From Malacoraja senta (lineage: Eukaryota), in the NCBI GenBank assembly GCA_038087875.1, contig CM075988.1, positions 9,426,001 to 9,490,000 on the forward strand: DNA of 64,000 bases, in the 5' to 3' direction. Under the pieces are notes generated by a model. It searched no databases. It saw only the letters and a list, made by a program, of their open reading frames with translations, and was not told the origin of the DNA. Each line of letters starts with the position of its first letter. Within the stretch, counting starts at the first letter, position 1. Shown here in pieces: positions 1 to 12,210 of this stretch. A program made the position numbers and the translations under genes.

Positions 1-427
1 AAGTGTTTTGGAAGTTGTGGCATGGAAAACTGGCATGAAAGTTAAGAGTTCATGTGTTCCAGGGCAATTTGATGAATTGGATCTGAAAGGGACTTGGTGA
101 AGGATGGCAGATGAGAGCCAGGAGCAGAGTTTAATCTTGCAAACTTACTCAGAAACAAGAATTTGAACTAAACCAAGTCAAGAGTTTGTTTTAAGAAAAG
201 CTCCTGATAGTGTAGGTCCTATGTGAGGCATGGTATGTGTAAGAAGGAACTGCAGATGCTGATTTAAACTGAAGATAGACACAAAAAGCTGGACAATTCT
301 TCTTTGTGGGTTATGATTTTGAAGTAATTTGGAAAGCAGCTTCCTTATAGCTTGTCATGTCAAATAATGACCTAATATGTGTTCTTGTGATGTGGGCTAT
401 ATAAAGTCTCTGCATATTCAAACACTA

Positions 428-722
428 GGGGGCGGCACAGTGGCGCAGCAGGAGAGTTGCTGCCTTACAGCGCCAGAAACCCAGGTTCGATCCTGACTAC
501 AGGCACTCTCTGTCTGGAGTTAGTACATTCTCCCTGTGATCACATGGGTTTTCTCTGGGTGCTACGTTTTCCTCCCACACTCCGAAGACGTACAGGTTTG
601 TAGATTAATTGGTTTCTGTAAAATTGTCCCTAGTGTGTAGGGTAGTGCTAGTGTATGAGGTGATCACTGGTTAGCATGGACTCAGTGGGCCGAAGGGCCT
701 ATTTCCACATTGTATCTCTGAA
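428..722 (+). mobile_element. tRNA-derived SINE (HE1/V-SINE-like)
   Basis: A-box (GTGGCGCAGC) and B-box (GGTTCGATCC) head, central GGTTTTC..TTCCTCCCACA core, and GGGCCGAAGGGCCT tail shared with about 12 other copies in the window. Confidence 0.85.
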
Positions 723-1299
723 GTCGAAAGCCTAAAGAGTTAAAGGGATAAGCTCCTATGAAATATTCAGATTTAAAATACATTGCAAATTAACTTCGTC
801 CCTTGAGGAACTCTGCACCTTGAGGTTTTCCCTCATACATTATGGTTAGTTTAGTTATTATGAATAAGAAGTGATTTGCATCAAATCACTTGGACAAGGT
901 TTGTTGTTAATTGTGATTTATGATGAAGCGTTACAAAAAGCATTGGGACACAATATGAATTTGCTCGGATTAAACTAAAAATATTCATTAATCTATAGTA
1001 AATTGTTAAGGACCCTTCCTCATTAATTTTGCTCACTTCATACATAAAGAAGGCATTTTACAAATCAGATTACTGATATGGTATCTATTCAGACACACAA
1101 ACCATTAAGTGCATTGATCCTAAGTTTTGTTTTGGAAGACAATGTATTGACGGCGAGTCTGAGCTGTCAATACTGAAAAGATCCAGTATTCAGTCCCCGC
1201 ACTGCAATGGAATTTTTGATCCCATTGTGAGCGGCAGTAAGGAGCCTTCAGCGATGGAGGTAAAAATATTACTTTTCACTTCAGATCGTAATAAATAAC

Positions 1300-1660
1300 G
1301 TGTAACTGTGTGTGTGTCAATGTGTGCGTGTATGTGCGTTTGCGTGTATGTGCACGTATGTGTGCTTATATGTTAGTGTGCGTAAGTGTATGTATATGTG
1401 TGTGCATATGTGTGTGTGTATATGTGAGTGTGCGTATATGAGTGTGTGGGTTCATGTGTGCATATGTGTGTGTGTGTGTGTGTTTATGAAAATGGATGTG
1501 TGGATATGCATGGATGTGCACCTGTGTTGGTGCGCAGAAGTGGACACCGACCGGGGAGTGCAGGGATGTGCATGCTGGATAGATGTGAGACCATTTGTGT
1601 ACTGTATGCGTGTGTTTTGGTGTGGTGATGTTGCCTGGACAGTGCATGCACTCTTTGATG
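1300..1660. repeat. Degenerate TG-rich low-complexity tract (resumes at 2325-2390 and 3717-3930)
   Basis: (TG)n/(TGTA)n composition; source of the spurious Cys/Val ORFs. Confidence 0.85.
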
Positions 1661-2320
1661 TTCACAAGTTCACAAGTTATAGGAGTAGAATTAAGCTATT
1701 CGACCCATCGAGTCTACTCCACCATTCATTCATGGCTGATCTCTGCCTCCTAATTCCATTTTCCTGCCTTCTCCCCATAACCCTTGACACCCGTTCTAAT
1801 CAAAAATTTGTCTATCTCTGCCTTAAAAAATATCCAATGACTTGGGCTCCACATCACTCTGTGGCAATGAGTTCCACAGATTAACTACCATTCTGAAAAA
1901 AGAAGTCCCTCCTCACCTCCTAAAAGAGCACCCTTTAATTCCGAGGCTATGACCTATGGTCCTAGACTCTACCACCAGTGGAAACATCCTTTCCACACCC
2001 ACTCTATCTGTGCCTTTCATTATTTTGTAAGTTTCAATGAGGTCCCCCCTCAACCTTCTAAACTTCAGAGTAGAGGCCCAATGCTATCAAACGCACATTC
2101 AATGTTAACCCACTCTTTCCTGGAACCATTCTTGTAAGCCTCCTCTGGACCCTCTCCAGAGGTAGCACATCCTTCCTCAGATATGGGGCCCAAACTTACT
2201 CACAGTACTGCAAATGCAGCCTGACCAGTGCCGTATAGAGCCTCAGCATTATGTCTCTGTTTTTGTATTCCAGTCCCCTTGATATAATGCGAGCATTGAA
2301 TTTGCCTTCCTGCCGATTCG
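1661..2320 (-). mobile_element. CR1/HER1-like LINE 3' fragment
   Basis: Reverse complement of the LINE 3' end seen on + at 35690-36040 (GAGTAGA..GATGGG..GAATGGCCTAATTCTACTCCTAT, short-repeat tail). Confidence 0.75.
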
Positions 2321-2390
2321 ACGTGTGCATGGCTTTATGTAGATAGTGCAAGTATGGCTTTTGTATGCAAGGATCTGTATGTTGTGCTTA

Positions 2391-3443
2391 GACATTTTCG
2401 AGTGGCGGGGCAAACATTTCCTGGTTCTCGTTGACTCCTACTCCAGCTGGTTTGTGGTCGACCGGCTGCATTCCATGACCTCTTCGGCCGTCATCGACAG
2501 GTTGTACCCTCATTTTGGCACTTTTGGCCCCCCGGCAAGCCTGCAGTCGGACAATGGCAGCCAGTTCACGAGCTCCGAGTTTAAAGCGTTCGCTTCCAGA
2601 TGGAACTTCCGCCATTTCACCAGCAGCCCGGAGTACCCGCAAAGCAACGGTTTGGCTGAGCGCGCAGTCCGCAGTGCTAAGCACCTGTTGGAACAGTGTG
2701 GTGGCATTAACTCCGACTTCCATCTGGCCCTCCTCAACCTTCGGAACATTTTCCGCGACTCTGCCATGGGTTCACCTGCTCAGCGGCTCATGTCTCGCGC
2801 TACCAGACTCCCGCTCCCTGTGGCCCAGCGCTCCATCATACCCTCCATCCTCCCACCTGCGGCGGTTCAGAAACGCATTGCCTTCAGGCACGACGTCCAG
2901 CAGCTTTCCCATGACAGGTCCTGCCACCCGCTGCCGCGCCTCTTCCCCGGTCAAGTTGTCCGTATGCAGACCACTCCCGGTCACTCCAAGCTCGCTACTG
3001 TCGTCGGCTCTGCGGGGTCGCCCAGGTCCTATTTCGTCGACCACGCTGGAGCCATTTACCGACGGTCCCGCCAGCACCTTCGGCTCGTCAACGAGCCGCG
3101 TCCTCCTGCCGCGGATCCCTTTGCTCCCCCACTGCCTGTTTCGCGTCAGGGCGTTGCTCTGCCCGTCCTTCCTGACATGCAACGTTCTGCTCCTCCTCCG
3201 CCCCTTCCGTTCCATCCCACTCCGACTAGTCCTCGCTCGCCTGCCCGCACTCTTCCCGGTCCCGACCTCGCATCCCCTCCGGGTTCGGTGCCACGGTATC
3301 TTCCGTCTCCTCCCGTTTCTCCCTTTCAGGTTCGTCTTTCCCCGCCGGTGCCTCTTCCTCCTGCAGGGAGGGTGGATGGCGAGACGCGAACCCGGGCGGG
3401 ACGTCTTGTCAAACCGCCTGACCGCTATGGCGATTTTGTTTAA
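2391..3443 (+). pseudogene. pol: Gypsy integrase fragment (DDE core and Pro-rich C-terminus)
   Basis: ORF 2346..3443; the first ~15 codons are host flank; homologous to 15904-16944. Confidence 0.88.
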
Positions 3444-3512
3444 CTATCCTAGCGCATGAGCCGTGGTCGCCATGTCACCATTGTATTTGCCTGTCGTTTC
3501 GAATAGGAAAGA

Positions 3513-3716
3513 TGTAGATGAGATATGCATGTGCCTTTAACAGAGTGACCTCATACCTACTAACCACTCCCCATATCACAAGTATATCTATAACCTCCCC
3601 ACCCACAGATCGCTCTCTAGTTCCTGTGACAGACCACGTACAGCTAGTGCTATGTGTAATGCTCCAGTATGAATAAAGATAGTAAAGTAACGACGACTCG
3701 TTATGAATCCTTTACA
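3513..3716 (+). repeat. Gypsy LTR, 204 bp
   Basis: TGTAGA...TTTACA with AATAAA; homologous to 14357-14560 and 17014-17217. Confidence 0.92.
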
Positions 3717-4639
3717 GATATTAGAGTGGCAGTGGGTGTATGCAGCTGCAAGCATGTTCATCTGTGAGTATATGAACTGTTGTATGGATCCATTGTGGAT
3801 GTGTGTCTGTGTTTGTGTCCCTTTGTGTGTGGCCTTGTATGTGTCTGAGGTTAGTGTAGAAATTAGTGTGGGTTATGGATGCATGTGGCTACACATATGT
3901 GCATGCATGCAAATTGCCAACATATGTGTATAGGACTTGGAAAAATAAACAAATGCAATTTTCTGAACAAGGGTGACTCCAAGTAAAAGCTTCAATCAAT
4001 ATATATATTTACAGATGAAAAATCAGGCCTCTGTGAAGCATTACGAATCTCATTTACTGAAATGGTTTTGCTCAATAGTTCTGCAGAAAGATTTTCCTCA
4101 TCTCAAAGACCTTGATGTCTGATTCAGGAATTTTATTGCAGTGCTTCAAAATGCTGAGGCATGATTCATGAACATAAAAGTTCCCAAGTGAAGTGGACCA
4201 ATTTGTGAAGCCGTGAAGATAGATTCCAATGCTGCCGATCGCAGTTAGAGGCAGGGAATGCTCTTTTCATTTACTCTCAAGGACAATTGGAGGTAACATT
4301 AAATGCTGGCTAGGTCGTCATTTATTGTTCATCACTATTTGCCTTGAGAACTGGTGGTGAACTGTCATCATGACTTTTGCTGTCCTGGTCAGAAGACTCC
4401 CACAATGTTGATAGGCATGGAGTGTCAGGGTTTAGAAAGAGCGGTGAGAAAAACATTTGTAAATATATTTTCAAATGAGGGTGGTGTGCTTCTTGGAGAT
4501 GGAGCTACAGGTACTGTTATTGTCATGTGACAGGTACTGACCTGAAACGCCATCAGTCCGTTTCCCTCCAAAGATACTTCCTGACCCATTAGGTTCCTCC
4601 AGCACCTTGTTGAGTATGCTTTTAGGAAGAATTTTGCCA

Positions 4640-5270
4640 TTCACGAGGATGTTGCCAGGACTTGAGGGCCTTAGTTATAGGGGAAAGATGGACAGGCTAG
4701 ACTTTATTCCTTGGAGTGCAGGAGGCTGAGGATTGATCTCAGAGAGATCATTTAAATGACACTTGGAGCAGATACATGGATAGGAACGGTTTGGAGGGAA
4801 ATGGGCCAAACACTTGTTTATGGGACTAGTTTAGATGGGGCATTTTGGTTGGCATGGGTGAGTTGGGCTGAAGGGCCTATTTCCTTTGGGATGCATCACA
4901 GCTTGTTATGGCCACTGGTCTGACCAAGATCACAAGAAATTGACTCAATGACTCAAGAACTTTAATACCGTTGTCTTGGTGGGATATTGGTAAAGTTGCA
5001 GATAACACAAACATTGGTGAATTTGTGAATATTGTGGAACGCCTTCAAAGAGATCAGTTGGAAATATGGCAGATAAATGGCAGGTAAGGTCTGGATAAAT
5101 GTGAGTTGTTTCGCTTTGGAAGATCAAATGCAAGAGGAAAGTATACAGTAAATTACAGGACGTTGAGAAATATGAATTATATAGAGGTCTTGGGATGAAT
5201 ATTGCTCCCCAAAGGTATCAATGCAATTAGATGAGTTGGCAAAGAGGGCGGATGGACTACCTGCCTTCAT
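4640..5270 (+). mobile_element. Degenerate CR1-like LINE fragments
   Basis: Similarity to other CR1 3' pieces in the window (GGATGTTGCCAGGACTTGAGGG, GGGCTGAAGGGCCT). Confidence 0.55.
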
Positions 5271-5679
5271 CGGGCCGATGGCTGTCATTATGAAAGCAGT
5301 TATAGATTTTTTACTGTCTATGCATTGGCCTGTTCATATTTTTTTGAAGGAGGTCCATATTTAAAAACTGCTTCCTTGGAATCCAAGTTCCTTTACTAAT
5401 AGTATTCAAACTGTGGGGAAAACGGTCTTAAATATAGTCAGGGGTGGGATCACAAAGCTCCACTTCTTGACATAAGAAGTTAGACTTGAAATTAGCATAT
5501 TTTAGCATAAACATCACCCTCTCTCCACCTTGTCCCAAAATGACTGCAATGAGCTAATTGAAACCATCAAACTCATATATCATGTTGTTTAAGAAGGAAC
5601 TGCAGATGCTGGAAAATCGAAGGTACACAAAAATGCTGGAGAAACTCAGCTGGTGCAGCAGCATCTATGGAGCAAAGGA

Positions 5680-5720
5680 AATAGGCAACGTTTCGGGCCG
5701 AAACCCTTCTTCAGACTGAT
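5680..5720 (-). ncRNA. Putative minimal type I hammerhead ribozyme core in the Penelope pLTR
   Basis: Minus strand 5714-5687 is identical to the core at 21967-21994. Confidence 0.65.
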
Positions 5721-5817
5721 AGGGGATGGGGGGGGGGGGGCGGGAGAAGAAAGGAAAAAGGAGGAGGTGGAGCCCGAGGGCTGAGGGAGAGATAGGAAGG
5801 GGAGGAAACAGCAGGGG

Positions 5818-6324
5818 CTAACAAAATTGGGAGAATTCAACGTTCATGCCCCCAGGATGCAGACTCCCCAAGGATGCAGACTCCCCATATGAGGTGCTGT
5901 TCCTCCAATTTCTGGTATTGCTCACTCTGGCCATGGAGGAGACCCAGGACAGAGAGGTCGGATACGGAATGGGAGGGGAGTTGAAGTGCTGAGCCACCGG
6001 AAGGTCAGGTTGGTTATTGCGGACCGAGCGGAGGTGTTCGGCGAAACGATCGCCAAGCCTCCGCTTGGTCTCACCGATGTAGATCAGCTGACATCTAGAG
6101 CAGCGGATGCAATAGATGAGGTTGGAGGAGATGCAGGTGAACCTCTGTCGCACCTGGAACGACTGCTTGGGTCCTTGAATGGAGTCGAGGGGGGAGGTAA
6201 AGCGACAAGTGTAGCATCTCTTGCGGTTGCAAGGGAAAGTGCCCGGGGAAGGGGGTAGTACGGGAGGGAAGGGAAGAATTGACAAGGAGTTACGGAGGGA
6301 GTAGTCTTTGTGGAAGGCTGACAT
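5818..6324 (-). pseudogene. Penelope GIY-YIG endonuclease with CxxxxCxxC linker
   Basis: CNRKRCYTC...NLIYCIRCSRCQLIYIGETKRRLGDRFAEH. Confidence 0.9.
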
Positions 6325-6388
6325 GGGTGGAGATGGAAGATGTGGCGAGTGGTGGGGTCACGTTGGAGGTGGCGAAACTGACGGAGGA

Positions 6389-7258
6389 TTACTTGTTGTA
6401 TGTGACGGCTGGTGGGGGAAAGGTGAGGACTAGGGGGACTCTGCCCTTGTTGCGAGTGGGGGGATGGGGAGAGAGAGCAGTGTTGCGGGGTATGGAAGAG
6501 CCTGGGAACCTGGTGCGAGCCTCATCTATGGTGGAGGAGGGGAACCCCACGTTCCCTGAAGAATGAGGACATTTCAGATGCCCTGGTGTAGTACGCCTCA
6601 TCCTGGGAGCAGATGCGGCATAGACTGAGGAATTGGGAGTAGGGGATGGAGTCCTTACAGGAAGCAGGGTGGGAAGAATTGTAGTCCAGACAGCCATGGG
6701 AGTCAGTAGGTTTATAGTGAATGTCGGTCAGAAGTCTATCACCTGCGATGGAGATAGTGAGGTCAAGGAATGGTAGGGAGGTGTCGGAAATGGTCCAGGT
6801 GTATTTGAGTGCCGGATGGAAGTTGGTGGTGAAGTGGATGAAGTCAGTCAGTTGTGTGTGGGTGCAGGAGGTGGCACCAAAGCAGTCATCGTTGTTGCGG
6901 TAGAGGTCGGGGATGGGGTCCTGGTACGTAGCGAACAAGGATTGTTCGATGTACCCGACAAAGAGGCAGGCATAGCTGGGGCCCATGCGTGTGCCCATAG
7001 CTATGCCTTGTATTTGGAGGATATGGGAGGAGTTAAACAAGAAGTTATGAGGGTGAGGACCAACTCCACTAGGCGGAGGAGAGTATCAGTGGCCCGGGTA
7101 TAGGTTGCTTCTCTGGTCAAGGAAGAACCGGAGGGCTTTGAGACCATCCTGGTGGGGGATGGAGGTGTAGAGTGACTGGACGTCCATGGTGAAGATGAGG
7201 GGGTGAGGGCCTAGAGAATGGAATGCGCGGAGATGACGGAGAGTGTCTGAGGTCTTGA
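6389..7258 (-). pseudogene. Penelope reverse transcriptase (frameshifted)
   Basis: TMDVQSLYTSI, QGIAMGTRMGPSYA, degenerate RYxDD (RNNDDCFG), LPFLDL, YKPTDSH. Confidence 0.88.
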
Positions 7259-8120
7259 ACATAGGTAGAATGTTCAAAGCCTCCGGTTCTTTGAACATTC
7301 TAGCCCCTGCTGTCTCCTCCCCTTCCTATCATTCCCTCAGCCCTCGGGCTCCTCCTCCTCCTTTTTCCTTTCTTCTCCCCGCCCCCCCCCTCCCACCCCC
7401 CACACCCTATCAGTCTGAAGAAGGGTTTCATCCCGAAACGTTGACTATTTCCTTCATTCCATAGATGCTGCTGCACCCGCTGAGTTTCTCCAGCATTTTT
7501 GTGTAAACATATATCAGGCAGGTTTCAACTAATGTAGAGTAGATGAGGTTTAAGGGAACTGAATACAGATCAGACTTTACAAGTGAATGACAACAGTTAA
7601 GTGGGCTGAATGGCCTACTGTCAATATTGCCAAGTCAGTAGGCCCCTCTCGGTCATGACTGACCATGGGTGATGCATCCTGGTCGGATGCAAGCCTGAGC
7701 GATGTCATATGGAGGACAGGCTGTTGCCCATGCAGCACGTCCCCCCTCTCCACGTCGCTGATCGATCCAAAGGAATAGCAGGGCCATTACAGTTTGGCAC
7801 CAACGCCGACGCAGGAGCTGCCAGAGTGAGGTTGTAGACAACGACGAACTGCCTTAGGGGCTCTGACCGGATTTTCCTGAGGTTTACTCCTGGAGCCTTT
7901 TCCATGACTTGATAAGGCCACAAGGCAGTGGAGATTTTACTTCGGAGTCACGTGAGTGACTACGTGAAGAAGCCCGTCAGTGCGCCTGCGCGTCATTACG
8001 TCAGACGCCTTGACGCAAACGGACGTGAGGAGCAGTGCTCCTCGAGTGGTTGTAGTTTTTCAACTACAAGGTAAGTAAAAACTTTTTTACAGGTTTTCCA
8101 GGTCCGTTTACTGTGGGTCT

Positions 8121-9250
8121 ATGGCGATTTTTTCCACAGACGCCATGGGAAAAAACGGACAGGGGGAAGAGGCGAGCGACATAGCCGACAGAAGTCGGGA
8201 AAGTCGGGAGTCCGCGGTTAGAGACCAACCGCCTCTAAACCCCGGTACAGTCGCCAGCGGTGAGCATAGCGACTGTGGACCTGGGGCTGGTGAAAACACA
8301 GTCAGTGCCTGTCGGGCAAAAGACAAAGTTTAAATCCCAACGGAGGGAGTCCCAGGCAATGAAGAAGCTCCAGGGCCAGATACTGCTTTAGAGCGTATTG
8401 TCCAAATAGAAAGCCTTTTACACAGGCTGTTGGAGCAACGTTCACTCAGTGAGGAGTGTTCTGAAAGCCAAGCTGCTGGAACAGCTCAAACAGCTCCTGG
8501 TACAGGGCTAGATACTGCTTTCGAGCGTATTGCCCAAATAGAAACCTTTTTTCATAGGTTGTTGGAGCAAAAGTTCACTCAGGAAGGAGTGTACTGTAAT
8601 CCAAGCTGCAGGAGCAGCTTAACAGCACATGGCTCAGGCTGATGGAATGCACCCTCAGGAATGAGGAGCGTGCTACGGGTCATGAGATTTCAGACCCCGA
8701 CTCTGACGGTGAGGCTGTACAAGGCGATGAAAGGCAGCTGCCAGATGTTCCAACCCTGGTAGTAGGATTCGCTGCCCCGTCAGGGTCAGGAGAGCCATTA
8801 GGAAGAACTGGCCTCCTTAATAAATTACTTGGTTTACCATTAGCTGGAACAGCATGAAATGGATGAGACTGCAAGAGTATCTGGAATCAGTTGCAGAGAA
8901 TATTAAAGCTGCTGGGTTCTGGAATAACTGCTTTTACCAGAATAGCAGGTAACAACCAAAAGATGACGAAGTTGCATCAGCAAGCACTGGGGTTGCTATG
9001 CAGCACCCACTTCGAGAAGTGCTATACGGTCTACTATGAATCCGAAATTCGCAGCACTCTGCAAACCAAGTAATATACAAATTACCCAACTTACTCTTTG
9101 GAGAGATCTCGGGAGACGTATTAAAGAGTTGGAAGATGAAGCGAAAACAGGATTGATGAAGACATCAATGGTTGTGAAGTCTGTAAAGAGGAAGTATCCT
9201 TTCAGACGTCATACGGATCCTGGACCAAGTCGCTCATCAACGCAGGGACG
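8121..9250 (+). pseudogene. DIRS gag-like ORF1 remnants
   Basis: Chain of broken ORFs between left ITR and RT; call is mainly positional. Confidence 0.5.
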
Positions 9251-9329
9251 TAGTTGGCGGCCTGCAGCGGGAGCAAGAACCAGTGGGCGTGCTTCCGGGA
9301 GAACCCAGGAATCTCAGGGTACTGAAATG

Positions 9330-10790
9330 ACTCAAGAGGTAGGTGGACCTGGTTCTCATGGGAACATACTAACTGGATTAAGTCCAAAAGTTGGAGGCAG
9401 GTTACATTTCTTCTATAATAATTGGAAGAAAATTACTTCAGATGTGGTAATCCTGAATAATATACAAGGATTTCGAATTGAATTCAATCCAAATTATGAT
9501 TTGCCTGTTCAGCATGTTCCTAGCCGAACTCTGCACTTTGTACAAAAAGAAGTGATGGAGGTTCAGGTTGCAATTGAAACCCTATATAAAAAAGGGGTTA
9601 TTGAAAAATCAGTCTACCAAAGTCACCAATTTGTGTCAAAAATATTCCCTCGATCAAAAAAGGATGGAGGATGTAGGATTCTTGTAGATTTGATAAATCT
9701 GAATCCTTTTGTGCAATTTAGACATTTTAAAATGGAAACATTTGTGACTGCCAAACAGCTTATTTCAGAAGCATGTTATATGGCAACTATAGACTTGAAA
9801 GATGCATATTATTCAGTGTCTGTTCATTCAGAAGATAGGAAGTATCTTAAATTTAAATGGATGAACCAGTTGTGGCAGTTCAAAGCTCTGCCTAATGGGT
9901 TAATATCTGCACTCAGAATATTCACAAAAATTGTTAAAACCAATTCTGGGCTTGCTGAGTAGCCAGGGGCATGTACTAATGGCATATTTGGATGATGTCT
10001 TGATTATAGGAAAGACAAAACAGTCAACAGAAGTATCTGTTGCAGTTGTGAAATCAACTTTTGAAAAGTTGGGGTTTCTAATTCATCCACAGAAATCTAG
10101 GTTAACACCATGTACCTCTATTAATTATTTGGGGTTCACAATTGATTCAGTCCAAATGAATATCACTTTGCCCAGGGAAAAGGGTGGATTTGATTAAAGA
10201 TTGCAGTAATCTCCTAAACGAGCAAAAACCTTCAATTAGACAGGTGGCTCGTGTACTGGGAAAATTAGTAACAGCATTCCCAGCAGTCCAATTTGGACCA
10301 TTACATTATCAACAGCTGCAGAGACTTAAAGAACAGGCACCGAGAATGCATGTTGGTCATTTTGATAGAACCATGCAACTAACAACAAATGCTGTTCTGG
10401 TCTGCAGTAGTGGATTCTACATGTCTCAAGCAGTTCCAGCAAAGTGCTGATTGAACAACCTTCCATGATATTACAAACTGATGCCAGTGCACCAGGATGG
10501 GGTGCAACTGACTTAACGTCTAGCTGAGGAGGCAGATGGAATCAGGAAGAGTCATTGTTACTGCAGACATGGGGAATTAACTATTTGGAGCTTCTAGGAT
10601 GTTTCTATGGGCTCCAAGCTTATTGTTCTAACACAACTAATAAGCATGTTCAAGTTCAAATTGATAACACAACAGTAGTTGTTTATATTAATGATATGGA
10701 ATTAAGTCGGTGTCTTGTGACAAAATGGTTAATCAACTTTGGGCTTGGTGTATTGAAAAGAACATTTGGATTTCAGCTATCTATCTACCA
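9330..10790 (+). pseudogene. DIRS reverse transcriptase and RNase H (frameshifted)
   Basis: VGGRL, KKDGGCR, HFKMET, IDLKDAY, LPNGL, AYLDD; RNase H QTDASAPGWGA, INYLELL, QIDNTTVV. Confidence 0.92.
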
Positions 10791-10849
10791 GGTAGAATGA
10801 ACGATAGCAGACACCAAGTCACGAAAAGTTCCATGATAATAAAGAATGG

Positions 10850-11230
10850 ATGTTGAATCAAGAGGTATTCAATGATATAGTCATCAGATTTGGAATGACC
10901 GACATCGACTTGAATCATCAGCTATCGAGATATGTCTCATGGAAACCAGATCCAGGAGCAGAGGCGATTGATGCTTTCTCGCTACATTGGGGTGGTATGT
11001 TTTCATATATATTTCCACCTTTCTGCCTCATAAGCCAATGTTTGCTTAAAATCAGGCAAGATGCTGCTTCAAGGGTATTGGTAGTACCAGATTGGCCTAC
11101 ACAGCCATGGTATCCGTTGATATTAGAATTAACAACACAAATGTTGATGAAAGTCCCAAAAAAGAGTAATTTATTGCTGCTCCCTGTACAGGGGAACAAC
11201 ATCCATTATATGATCGTTTGGATTTGTTGA
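10850..11230 (+). pseudogene. DIRS Dam-like adenine methyltransferase domain
   Basis: DAFSLHW..YIFPPFCLI..VVPDWPTQPWYP, characteristic of the DIRS MT domain. Confidence 0.8.
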
Positions 11231-11249
11231 TTTGCAGGTTTTAAGAATG

Positions 11250-12210
11250 CCTTTTCTGGGACGAGGACTGTCTGAGCATACTGTGGACATGCTTACGGCA
11301 GCCTGGAGGAAGAGCACTCAAAAACAGTACCTTTCTTATATTAAGAAATGGGAAAAGTTCTGGGTACAAAAGAATGTGCAATAAAGTACTGCAGATATTT
11401 CAAATGTTTAGAATTTCTGTCAAAACTTTATTATGATGAAGGTCTGAGTTATAGTGTAATTAATTCAGCCAGAGTGCATTGTCCTCATATTTGGTTCTGG
11501 ATTCAGAAAGAAACTCAATTGGGTCACACCCAATTGTTTCCAGACTAATGAAAGGAATCTTTAATTCCAAACCCACCGAAACCTAGGTACAGTGATAATC
11601 TGGGATGTAAGTGTGGTACTGAAACTACTTCGTGATGGTTATCAAGTGTGTCTTTACCTTTGGTCAAGCTCAGTATGAAAGTATTCATGTTTATGGCATG
11701 AGTGACAGCACAACGAGTGCAAACACTTGGAAAATTACAAATAGATAGTATGGAAGTAACTGAAGACAAAGTTACATTCTATATCTATGACCTAATAAAG
11801 CAAATTAGGCCAGGTGTGACAGGATTTAAAATTATGCTGGCACCATATCCAAATGATCCATGTCTTTGTATTAAGACATATTTATTACAATACATTGAGG
11901 TCACAAAGAATTTGAGAATACGGAAACTGGGTTTTTGATCACACACAAGAAACCACACAAGAGAGTTTCAATACAGACTATTTCCAGATGGATAAAAGAA
12001 GTCTTAACAGCTGCTGGTATTAACATTTATGTTTTTACGTCTCACTCGACTAGGGCAGCAGAAATGTCGGCGGCCAGGGCAAAAGACGGGCCCGTCGACC
12101 ATATCCTCGCAGCCGCCGGGTGGTCCAATGAGTTGATGTTTCAACATTTTTACCATCGGCCTATTGTTAATGCGGGGTTGTTTGCAGAAACTATTTTAAG
12201 TTCTGTGTAA
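11250..12210 (+). pseudogene. DIRS tyrosine recombinase (frameshifted)
   Basis: TAQRVQTL, LCI, QTISRWIK, HSTR, AAGWS..FQHFYHR with catalytic R, HxxR and Y. Confidence 0.9.

Larger units (their letters stand above)
2391..3716 (+). mobile_element. 5'-truncated Ty3/Gypsy (Mag-like) LTR retrotransposon: integrase, PPT and 3' LTR
   Basis: Integrase core DIF..SDNGSQF..PQSNGLAERAV, C-terminal RTRAGRLVKPPDRYGDFV, purine tract 3501-3512, TG...CA LTR 3513-3716. Confidence 0.92.
5588..7506 (-). mobile_element. Penelope-like element, 5'-truncated, with inverted pseudo-LTR
   Basis: Frameshifted RT and GIY-YIG ORFs on the minus strand; 5625-5822 is inverted relative to 7299-7506; CATATATCA on both flanks. 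Confidence 0.9.

Noticed and set aside
428..510. tRNA-like A/B boxes
   Set aside because: SINE head, not a complete tRNA; the same applies to all other SINE copies
1312..1884. 190-aa Cys/Val-rich ORF
   Set aside because: TG-rich low complexity running into an antisense CR1 fragment
2515..3459. 314-aa alternative-frame ORF over Gypsy integrase (also 16379..16960)
   Set aside because: Shadow frame of GC-rich coding sequence with no motif
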